From a candidate division WOR-3 bacterium (GTDB lineage: Bacteria; Hydrothermota; Tepidihabitantia; Tepidihabitantales; CAIPLT01), in assembly GCA_965649215.1 (NCBI GenBank), contig CBFGJZ010000030.1, forward strand, positions 1 to 18,867: a stretch of 18,867 bases of DNA. The letters are read 5' to 3'. Below the pieces are notes generated by a model, which saw nothing but the letters and a program-made list of their open reading frames with translations, was not told where the DNA came from and did not search any database. How positions within the stretch are numbered: position 1 is the first letter of the stretch; the number at the start of each line of letters is the position of its first letter. The translations under genes were made by a program, and so were the position numbers. Below are positions 1 through 7,557 of the stretch, piece by piece.

Positions 1-1413
1 GTTCATCACAATAAAGGAATTTAAATAAACTAATTCTTGGTTCGCATTTCCAACACCCCATATATTGTCTTCCACAATATCTAAGTCTTCTTGGGGTAAT
101 ACAATTATTCTCAATTGGAATGAATCGCCAACTTGTGCTGCTTCATCATACAGTCGCACCCAACTCGTATATTCACCTTCAATCTGATTTTCTGGAATTG
201 CAACCGTTAAGTTTATCATCGCGTCCGCACCCAGAGATAATGCAAAGGGATTATCAACTGATAAAGAGATCGCTTCTGCAGGAATCCAAGCTAAGAAATT
301 AGTTGTGTTAACCAAATCGTCTGCTGACCAATAGATATTATTCAAATCAATATTACCATAAGGATCAGGATCAACATTCAAAGTAGGATTATTCGGATTA
401 ATCGCATAAAAAACCCCACTGGCAATTGTGCCTGGCGCTTGAGTGAATGTCATCCAATTACTAACCAGATTACCGGTATTATCCGAAATATCTAAATCAG
501 CAATTGGCAGTACATTAAGAGTCACACCGACAACATCCGATGGCCAACCATCATCATCAAGTACTCGAATTTGACCTTGATAAGTACCGGCATAACTACC
601 TGCCGGAACCGAAATCCAAACTTCAACAACTGCAGAATCACCTAATGCTAATTGATCAATTGCTGCTTGTTCTACAGGAGTTGGTCCAAAAACACCAGTT
701 ACTGCAAGAAAGATATGACTACTGTTAATGTATTTACTGCTATCCCCAATATTCACAAAGTTCTGTGCCGCAAATCTTAAATTATACAAATCAACATTAC
801 CGAAATAATCCGGATCAGGATTATTATCTTCGGTCGGATTTAAGACTGTAAATCGATTAATAAATCGCAATTCATTCATTGCCTCAGTAGAACCGCTTAT
901 ATTTTCCTCAACGATATCGACATCTTCTTGCGCCCCAACCATAACTTTTAATTTAAATGAATCACTAACTTCGGCAACTTCATCGTACACAACTATCCAT
1001 CCTTCATAAGTCCCCTCATATTGATCTGTAGGAACATTAACTGTCACATCAACAAATACACCAACACCATTATTAAGGCTATAAGGGATTGGAGTTAAAC
1101 CAACATTAATATCAGATTGGGAAATCCAATAATAAGCAGTAAGATGATTTAAGTCAGAAACTGTATAATATATATTTGAAAGATTTTGATTACCATATGG
1201 GTCGGGATCAACATTATTATATCGGTCCGGATTCACTAACCAAAATTGACCGGTACCACTTAAACCCGGCGCAATCGAAAGAGACATGGTATTGCCTACC
1301 AAATTACCAAGATTATCAGCAATATCTAAGTCATAAGATGGCTGTGCCAAAGCTAATATTGGAGAAAAAATCATTATAGCTACTAGTAGCCACCAGTATT
1401 GAGAATGTTTCAT
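1..1413 (-). CDS. Secreted/surface protein with tandem ~136-142 aa Ig-like repeats (partial; 3' end runs off the window)
   Basis: Translated by hand: open frame from ATG at 1413 to base 1 (471 codons, no stop). SD AAGGAGGAG at 1426-1418. Signal-peptide-like start MKHSQYWWLLVAIMIFSPILALAQ. Repeat units begin D(L/V)DI at 1332, 924, 498 and 87 and contain NP..N(V/P)DPD(P/Y)(Y/F)GN and (V/I)P....G(T/E)Y motifs. Confidence 0.9.
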   Translation of the reverse strand, partial: MKHSQYWWLLVAIMIFSPILALAQPSYDLDIADNLGNLVGNTMSLSIAPGLSGTGQFWLVNPDRYNNVDPDPYGNQNLSNIYYTVSDLNHLTAYYWISQSDINVGLTPIPYSLNNGVGVFVDVTVNVPTDQYEGTYEGWIVVYDEVAEVSDSFKLKVMVGAQEDVDIVEENISGSTEAMNELRFINRFTVLNPTEDNNPDPDYFGNVDLYNLRFAAQNFVNIGDSSKYINSSHIFLAVTGVFGPTPVEQAAIDQLALGDSAVVEVWISVPAGSYAGTYQGQIRVLDDDGWPSDVVGVTLNVLPIADLDISDNTGNLVSNWMTFTQAPGTIASGVFYAINPNNPTLNVDPDPYGNIDLNNIYWSADDLVNTTNFLAWIPAEAISLSVDNPFALSLGADAMINLTVAIPENQIEGEYTSWVRLYDEAAQVGDSFQLRIIVLPQEDLDIVEDNIWGVGNANQELVYLNSFIVMN

Positions 1414-1431
1414 AACTCTCCTCCTTTTAAT

Positions 1432-1566
1432 TTAAATAAGCTGGTAGCTTGGTATATTGCCAACTACCAACTTAAAAAACATATTTATAAAATTAATATT
1501 AAAAATACTACTTAACCGGAAAATTTTCTCTTTACTTCTTACTTCCTTTATTACATTTAGTCCCAA
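1432..1566 (-). CDS. Candidate 44-aa small ORF in the leader of the repeat-protein gene
   Basis: TTG at 1566 with AAAGGAG 7 nt upstream. Reads MGLNVIKEVRSKEKIFRLSSIFNINFINMFFKLVVGNIPSYQLI, then TAA at 1434-1432, ending just before the SD of the downstream gene. No recognisable homology. Confidence 0.25.
   Translation of the reverse strand: MGLNVIKEVRSKEKIFRLSSIFNINFINMFFKLVVGNIPSYQLI
1439..1472 (-). terminator. Stem-loop in leader (possible attenuator/terminator or 5' stabiliser)
   Basis: Minus strand AGTTGGTAGTTGG-CAATATA-CCAAGCTACCAGCT followed by TATTT, about 12 nt upstream of the SD. Confidence 0.4.
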
Positions 1567-1696
1567 CTCGCACTCCTTTCTTTACTTCCTAGTTGCAAAC
1601 TAAAAATATAATTTTTAAAACCATCTCATTTAAAATATTATATCAAAGAACAACATAGTTATTTATAAAAACTTTTTATTTTAATAACTTTGCCTA

Positions 1697-1725
1697 ATTT
1701 TACTAAAACCTTTAAATCTTGTCAA
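1697..1725 (-). promoter_or_regulatory. Sigma70-type promoter for the repeat-protein gene
   Basis: TTGACA (1725-1720), 17 nt spacer, TAAAAT (1702-1697) on the minus strand. A second TGnTATAAT lies at about 1644-1636. Confidence 0.6.
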
Positions 1726-1928
1726 GAGGCAAGATAAAAAAATTATGAAAGAGTTTGTCGCCATTTTAAAAATTATAAAAAGTTTTTGAAAACCAAAGAG
1801 TTACAAAATTTTTTATACTTTATCAATTAAAGCGAAAAAGTGTATTTTCTCTATTTTATTACTATCCAGGATCTATTAGGGTAAAATAAATATTGATTAT
1901 TCCCTTTTTTTATATAATAATATTTAGT

Positions 1929-3785
1929 ATGAGTAGTTATTTAAGCTTTCAAAAGCCAAGTTTGAGTGAATCTTTACTGAGCCAAGTGAAACATCTAGTT
2001 AATCAGAATCGGCACTCTGAAATTGAAGCATTGTTTTTACGATTTTTATCAAAACAGCTTGCTGAAAGTACTATTCAAACTCAAACCACTTTCATCTCAG
2101 ACGCATCAAATACTGCTTTTATTGACTTAAAAAATGCATTGCAATATTTAGTCACTCCTCCTCTCAATCTTACTAATTTAGCCAAACAAATCGCTTCCAA
2201 TTTGTTTAATTATATCGTTGAGAATTATCCATCAGAAATTATATTATCTTATTTACGAAATGCCTATTTTTTACTTGATGGAGACCATACATTCAGGAAA
2301 AAAATTGTTCAAATTTATAAAGACAATTACCCTAATCTCATTAACTTAGATACTTTAGTTCATATCTCAAAAATTGATAGCGCTGATTTCAAATCTACCT
2401 TTGAGCAATTTGATAAGTTGGTTGCTTTTGCGAACAAATCACCTATTTATTCTAGTCGGTTTGGTTATGGCGAAATCATTGAGTTTGATTTTTTATTGGA
2501 GACAATAACCTGCAATTTTTTCCCATCTAACATTCAGACCATTCCTGTTGATAGTGCAGTAAAATCTTTTCAAGTATTACCGACGGATAATTTTTACTAT
2601 CTAAAAGCAAAAAACCCTAAGGCTATTCTAAAAATGCTTAAAGATAATCCAACCCATCTCTTAAAGATTATTCAACGGGATGTGAATAATGAACTCACGA
2701 GCAGCTTTATAAAATCTTTATTGTCAGATATTGCGGACAAGACGGATATCAAACCATTGCTAATATTATTAAGACCATCTCAAAAAAATACTGTCCGAAA
2801 ACTCAAACCAAACCAAACACTACAACAGCTTCAAAATCTCCGTAATAAAGAAAACTGGCAAGAACAATATCTTAACTTATTCTTTGTGACTACCGATGAA
2901 AAACTCATGTCTCAGATTATCAAAGAGCTTGATACCTCTTACCGTGATAAACTTATTCAAAAAGCAACTGAAAATTATAAAAAATATCCTCATCAATTTC
3001 TTTTTGTCGAGAGCTTTTTCTCACCGAATCTAATCAATGATGTAAATTTAACCTTATTTCGTTATTTAGAATTAGCTGTAAAGTCTAAAACCTTTGCTCG
3101 TCAGGTGCGCAAACTTATCATCTCTGATAAGTTTCGTATAATCAACGAAGCACTTTTAATAATTGACCAAGACCGTGCTCAGTCGCTTTGGCAAGACATC
3201 AGGCATCTTTCCGTCTGGTATCCGGAAGAACTCGATCAAATTCAAAAACTCTTTGAAACCCAATTTCCGCTTCTCTTTGCCTCAATTACTCAATATACTT
3301 ATCATACTCAAAAAGCGATTGACAATAAAACTCAAGAACTAAAACGACTTGTTAACGAAGAAATTCCTAAAGTTGCATCCGAATTAGCCCAAGCGCGTAG
3401 TTATGGCGATCTAAGGGAAAACTTTGAATTTAAGGCAGCAAAAGAAAAACAGAAACGACTTTTTAGCCAAATTGCTTCTTTAAAAAACCAATTAGCTTTG
3501 GCTCGCCCAATAGATTTTAATAATATCGACTCAACGAGCGTCTCGATTGGTACTAAAGTTATCTTAACTCGCTTAAACTCAAACCCAAATGAAGTTACTC
3601 TGTCAAACCAACAACAAATCACTTATTCCATATTAGGTCCCTTTGATTCGGATCTTTCCCAAAACATTATCTCTTACCAAGCTCCCTTTGCGCAGTTGTT
3701 ATTAGGTAAAAAAGTTGGTGATGAAATTGTTGACCAAGAAGGTACTCGCTATAAGATTATTGCGATTAATAAAGTAAATGGCTGA
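1929..3785 (+). CDS. greA: Transcription elongation factor GreA with long N-terminal extension
   Basis: C-terminal ~160 aa has the GreA coiled coil ARSYGDLRENFEFKAAKEKQ (conserved D/E pair) and the C-domain VSIGTKV..YSILGPFDSD..ISYQAPFAQLLLGKKVGDEI. The ~460-aa N-terminal extension resembles spirochaete/chlamydial long GreA. ATG 1929 is preferred over the TTG at 1893, which lies in promoter-like sequence. Confidence 0.85.
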   Translation: MSSYLSFQKPSLSESLLSQVKHLVNQNRHSEIEALFLRFLSKQLAESTIQTQTTFISDASNTAFIDLKNALQYLVTPPLNLTNLAKQIASNLFNYIVENYPSEIILSYLRNAYFLLDGDHTFRKKIVQIYKDNYPNLINLDTLVHISKIDSADFKSTFEQFDKLVAFANKSPIYSSRFGYGEIIEFDFLLETITCNFFPSNIQTIPVDSAVKSFQVLPTDNFYYLKAKNPKAILKMLKDNPTHLLKIIQRDVNNELTSSFIKSLLSDIADKTDIKPLLILLRPSQKNTVRKLKPNQTLQQLQNLRNKENWQEQYLNLFFVTTDEKLMSQIIKELDTSYRDKLIQKATENYKKYPHQFLFVESFFSPNLINDVNLTLFRYLELAVKSKTFARQVRKLIISDKFRIINEALLIIDQDRAQSLWQDIRHLSVWYPEELDQIQKLFETQFPLLFASITQYTYHTQKAIDNKTQELKRLVNEEIPKVASELAQARSYGDLRENFEFKAAKEKQKRLFSQIASLKNQLALARPIDFNNIDSTSVSIGTKVILTRLNSNPNEVTLSNQQQITYSILGPFDSDLSQNIISYQAPFAQLLLGKKVGDEIVDQEGTRYKIIAINKVNG

Positions 3786-4425
3786 ACCACTAATCTTAAA
3801 AGTTAATAAAGAGAATCCTTCCTTATCAGTAATTAAAAAGACCGCGGAGATTATTAAAAAGGGCGGTCTTGTAATCCTACCCACAGATACAGTTTATGGT
3901 CTTTCTTGTGATGCGACCAATCCGATAGCGGTTGCCAAAGTATTTAAAGTAAGGAAAAGACCATTTACTCAACCACTGTCTATCGCTCTCAGTAATTATG
4001 AGCAAATTCGATACTATGTTAAAGAATTTCCTAAGACTGCCCAACTGCTTGTCCAACAATTTTTGCCTGGTGCTTTAACTATCATCTTAAAAAAATCCAA
4101 ACTAATTCCCGATATTGTTACTGCATCAAGAAATGACATCGCTATTAGAATTCCTGATTGTAAAATTGTGCAAAAGACAATTGACTATGCTCAAGTTCCG
4201 ATTGTCATACCAAGTGCAAATCTTCACAATCAACCATCCCCGACCTGCCTGCAAGAGCTCTCATCAGAACTAATGAAACAAGTTGACCTAATCCTTGATG
4301 GTGGCAAAACTACCTATGGTATGGAATCAACTATTGTTTTATGCTTTAGGAAAAAGATTAAAATTATCCGAGAAGGTGCAATACCATCAGCAAAAATATT
4401 TTCTGTATTAAATCAAAAATCTTAA
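3778..4425 (+). CDS. tsaC: L-threonylcarbamoyladenylate synthase (TsaC/Sua5/YrdC)
   Basis: Motifs GGLVILPTDTVYGL, KRP..QPL, PGALT, AIRIPD, SAN, ESTIV, IREGAI. YrdC domain only. Overlaps the greA end by 8 bp. Confidence 0.93.
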   Translation: MAEPLILKVNKENPSLSVIKKTAEIIKKGGLVILPTDTVYGLSCDATNPIAVAKVFKVRKRPFTQPLSIALSNYEQIRYYVKEFPKTAQLLVQQFLPGALTIILKKSKLIPDIVTASRNDIAIRIPDCKIVQKTIDYAQVPIVIPSANLHNQPSPTCLQELSSELMKQVDLILDGGKTTYGMESTIVLCFRKKIKIIREGAIPSAKIFSVLNQKS

Positions 4426-6060
4426 TTATTTCAGAACAATTAAGCGTCGAATAAGATTATTAGATTCAGTTTTTATATTAACAAAATAGACCCCTGCCTT
4501 AATTTCGTTTACATCTAACCTAATATTAAACACATTTGAACTTTTTAACTTTTGAATCTTGATGACATTGCCTGATAAATCCAGGATTTTTACTTCCTGT
4601 AGCGGTAATTCGGTCTTCACATAAAGCACAGATTTTGCTGGATTAGGATAGATTATTAAATCTGGATCTCTTGCCATTTGATTTGAAAGCTGACTGCTAT
4701 TACGAGTCTTCATCTCTTTGGTATTACTAACTCGACAGCTCTTTTCATAAGCAAGATAATTTTGTGAAGTTACAGTAATCCAGATACTATCAATATTACT
4801 TGGTTCGATTAAAAAACTAACATTACCAAAAGAATCGGTCTTGTCTAAATAATAAAAATTATCGTCATCTGCTGCGCTGATACAGACCCAAGCATTAACA
4901 ATCGGCTCACCCTGCTCGTTTCTAACCATTACTGTAAATGTCTGAGGTGATGCGTTAATAATTGTATCGTGTTGGATTATCATTGGTTTTGGCACTCCAG
5001 TCCATAAACTCATCGTCGGGTCTCCTAAAAGATTCCATTCCGAATACAGAATATGACCAAAAGAATCAGGTGTAAATTGCCAAAGACTATCCAAACCTTG
5101 CTTTAATGCTTGACCGATATTAATTACTTTATTTTGAAAAATTGCTCGGAAAAAATTACGGCCGACAAAATTACGATACCGCGCGTATAATCCCGAAGTC
5201 GTAGTTCCTAAATACGCTACTGCACCGCGTGGATTTCTAACATTACCTGCTTTAAGCCACTTCTGTCCTAAATATCTCGGTTGTAATACAGTTTGACAAG
5301 ACCACGATAAAATTATTGGTGTTTTATTCTTGTTATTAAGATAGGGACACACTTTAAATGGTTCTGGCCAGTGGGTTCCTGCGCCATGCCCCGTATAGAA
5401 AAGATAAGATCGGCCCTGCTTTAGAGAATCTCGCACATCATTATGATTATGAGCAGGATTATATAAAGTATCAACCTGCACAAAATCACTGTTGTTCAGA
5501 ATCATAGCTCGGACAAAATTAACGCCTGCATTATGATAAGGTCCTGGGTCTTGACGGATAGTCAACGCTCGTTTATAAAACATCGTGTCTGTTAAATCAA
5601 CTCTTCGTTCATATCGCAATATTTTAGCAATCATTGATTGCAACTGGCGTTTAGTTCTGGCCGGCAACCGTCCGACGCACATTTCTAAAAGAGTATCACC
5701 ATTTACATCACCATATGGATTATCACTCGCTCCAACATTGGGATGCGGGTACGGCGGCAGATAATTAATATCACCGACCAATAAGATATATTCCGGAATA
5801 ATTTCCCACCCATAATAAGCATTATTAATATAATCTCTTATCAACTCTGGTTTGCGATCTCCTATTTCAGAAAGTTTCACGATTTTAGTTAAATAACCTT
5901 TCTTATGTTTCCATTGGGCAAATTCATGAAGTGTATTGTAAAAACGGTCCTCAGTAATTATTAATAAATTTGCTCCCCGGCTTTGATTAAAGTCATTGGC
6001 TATGGAAGAAACTACCGCAAATACCATTAAACTAAAGAATAGAATTAACCCTTTGTTCAT
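4426..6060 (-). CDS. C25 family (gingipain-like) cysteine peptidase with T9SS type A C-terminal sorting domain
   Basis: Signal peptide. C25 motifs LLIIT..F....QWKHKKG, YILLVGD, SDNPYG, VGRLPA, catalytic YTGHG and SWSC, GAVAYLG, WNLLGDP. Then an Ig-like domain and a CTD IYPNPA...DLSG...AGVYFV...LIVLK. Confidence 0.9.
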   Translation of the reverse strand: MNKGLILFFSLMVFAVVSSIANDFNQSRGANLLIITEDRFYNTLHEFAQWKHKKGYLTKIVKLSEIGDRKPELIRDYINNAYYGWEIIPEYILLVGDINYLPPYPHPNVGASDNPYGDVNGDTLLEMCVGRLPARTKRQLQSMIAKILRYERRVDLTDTMFYKRALTIRQDPGPYHNAGVNFVRAMILNNSDFVQVDTLYNPAHNHNDVRDSLKQGRSYLFYTGHGAGTHWPEPFKVCPYLNNKNKTPIILSWSCQTVLQPRYLGQKWLKAGNVRNPRGAVAYLGTTTSGLYARYRNFVGRNFFRAIFQNKVINIGQALKQGLDSLWQFTPDSFGHILYSEWNLLGDPTMSLWTGVPKPMIIQHDTIINASPQTFTVMVRNEQGEPIVNAWVCISAADDDNFYYLDKTDSFGNVSFLIEPSNIDSIWITVTSQNYLAYEKSCRVSNTKEMKTRNSSQLSNQMARDPDLIIYPNPAKSVLYVKTELPLQEVKILDLSGNVIKIQKLKSSNVFNIRLDVNEIKAGVYFVNIKTESNNLIRRLIVLK

Positions 6061-6074
6061 AAGCGATCCTCTAA

Positions 6075-6104
6075 ATTATAGACCTAAAAAGCAATAAATG
6101 TCAA
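6075..6104 (-). promoter_or_regulatory. Sigma70-type promoter of the C25 peptidase gene
   Basis: TTGACA (6104-6099), 18 nt spacer, TATAAT (6080-6075), 14 nt before the ATG at 6060. GAGGA SD-like motif in between. Confidence 0.6.
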
Positions 6105-6137
6105 TCTTTATAGCACCAATAAAATAACTTATTCGCC

Positions 6138-6165
6138 TTGATTTTATATCCTATTCAATTATAAT
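6138..6165 (+). promoter_or_regulatory. Promoter of rarA, probably producing a leaderless mRNA
   Basis: TTGATT (6138-6143), 16 nt spacer, TATAAT (6160-6165), 6 nt before ATG 6172. No SD. Confidence 0.6.
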
Positions 6166-6171
6166 ACCGAT

Positions 6172-7425
6172 ATGGTTGAAAATACCGATTTTCAAGCACC
6201 CCTTGCTGAACGATTACGACCAAAAGATTTATCTGAGATTGTTGGTCAAGAACACCTTCTTGGCGAAGATAAACCTTTACGCAAGATGATTGAAAAAGGT
6301 GAACTCCATTCCATGATCTTTTGGGGTCCGCCTGGCTCAGGTAAAACAACATTAGCTAGGATTATTGCTCACTACACCAAAGCAAATTTTATTTCTTTTA
6401 GCGCGGTCACTTCCGGCGTTGCAGACATTCGTCGGGTGATCAAAGAGGCAGAACAAAATCGTTTAGTACATAACAAATCAACGATTCTCTTTGTTGACGA
6501 AATTCATCGGTTCAACAAAACTCAACAAGATGCATTTTTACCCCATGTTGAAGCAGGCAAAATCATCTTGATTGGGGCAACCACTGAAAACCCTTCCTTT
6601 GAAGTCATTGGACCTTTACTATCTCGTTGTCGTGTCTATATTCTGCATCAACTCAAGCCCGAAAACATCAAAACTATTCTCAAGCGGGCACTCACTCATC
6701 CTAACGGTTTAAAAGATCTAAATCCCAGTGTTTCAGAAAAAATCTTAGATTATATTGTCAATATTGCTCAAGGTGATGCCAGAGTGGCACTAACCATTCT
6801 TGATTTAGCCGTCCACGCAACCGAACCCGACAAGGATAATACAAGAAAAGTCACAGAAACAACCATTGAACAAATCGCTTCTCGTAAGATTTTATTATAT
6901 GATAAAAGTGGGGAAGAACATTATAATTTAATTTCAGCACTTCACAAATCATTAAGAGATTCTGACCCTGATGCTTCATTATACTGGTTAGCAAGAATGC
7001 TTGAAGCGGGTGAAGACCCTTTATATATTGCCCGAAGATTAGTCCGCTTTGCCATAGAAGATATTGGCGATGCCAATAATCTGGCATTAGTTGTTGCTAA
7101 TGCCGCAAAAGAAGCAGTTGACTTTATCGGTAGACCCGAAGGTGATTTAGCTTTGGCACAAGCAGTCGTGTTTCTGGCAATGGCACCAAAGAGCAATGCA
7201 ATTTACAAAGCATATGAACTGGCAAAAAAAGATGCTCTGGAAAGTCTGACCGAACCGGTTCCTTTGCATTTAAGAAATCCCGTTACAACATTAATGAAAA
7301 ATATTGGTTATGGCAAAGATTACAAATATGCTCATGATTATCCAGATGCCAAAGTCGACCAAGAGCACTTCCCGCCCTCGCTTAAGGGCAGAAAATATTA
7401 TAAACCATACCAAAAGAAGAGATAA
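6172..7425 (+). CDS. rarA: Replication-associated recombination protein A (MgsA/RarA AAA+ ATPase)
   Basis: PLAERLRP, Walker A GPPGSGKTT, Walker B LFVDEIHRFNKTQQDAFLP, GATTENPSF, GDAR, YDKSGEEHYNLISALHKS, EDIG, VPLHLRN, YKYAHDY. Confidence 0.97.
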   Translation: MVENTDFQAPLAERLRPKDLSEIVGQEHLLGEDKPLRKMIEKGELHSMIFWGPPGSGKTTLARIIAHYTKANFISFSAVTSGVADIRRVIKEAEQNRLVHNKSTILFVDEIHRFNKTQQDAFLPHVEAGKIILIGATTENPSFEVIGPLLSRCRVYILHQLKPENIKTILKRALTHPNGLKDLNPSVSEKILDYIVNIAQGDARVALTILDLAVHATEPDKDNTRKVTETTIEQIASRKILLYDKSGEEHYNLISALHKSLRDSDPDASLYWLARMLEAGEDPLYIARRLVRFAIEDIGDANNLALVVANAAKEAVDFIGRPEGDLALAQAVVFLAMAPKSNAIYKAYELAKKDALESLTEPVPLHLRNPVTTLMKNIGYGKDYKYAHDYPDAKVDQEHFPPSLKGRKYYKPYQKKR

Positions 7426-7455
7426 ATTTGCCTTATAAATGGCATTTTCATTTAT

Positions 7456-7505
7456 GGGAAAATCAGTGTATATAGGAAAATTTTCCTTTAAATATATATT
7501 TTCCC
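7456..7505. promoter_or_regulatory. Nested palindrome, putative operator upstream of the R-M promoter
   Basis: GGGAAAAT-N10-AGGAAAATTTTCCT-N10-ATTTTCCC, all symmetric about 7480/7481 and ending 11 bp before TTGACA (7517-7522). Confidence 0.55.
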
Positions 7506-7516
7506 TTGATGGATAC

Positions 7517-7547
7517 TTGACAAAAAGAAGTTGGAAGGTAATATTAT
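7517..7547 (+). promoter_or_regulatory. Promoter of the R-M operon
   Basis: TTGACA at 7517-7522, then TAATAT (7539-7544) or TATTAT (7542-7547). ATG at 7558. Confidence 0.5.
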
Positions 7548-7557
7548 AAAAATAACT

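Noticed and set aside
120-1379. Three short + strand ORFs (120-302, 540-728, 1176-1379)
   Set aside because: Antisense shadows of the long minus-strand repeat-protein gene, with no recognisable motifs.
1893-1928. ORF-track upstream starts for greA (1893), and likewise MTase 7531, M16 13760, HU 13989 and barrel 15368
   Set aside because: These TTG/GTG codons fall within promoter boxes, the SD or the upstream gene. Downstream ATGs fit better.
3401-7196. Short minus-strand ORFs at 3401-3622, 3702-3884, 3877-4059, 6155-6352, 6851-7087 and 6942-7196
   Set aside because: They lie antisense within greA, tsaC or rarA and have no independent signals.
7424-7448. Small hairpin after rarA (TGCC-N8-GGCA then TTTT)
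   Set aside because: Stem is very short. It may be a weak terminator but cannot be supported from sequence alone.
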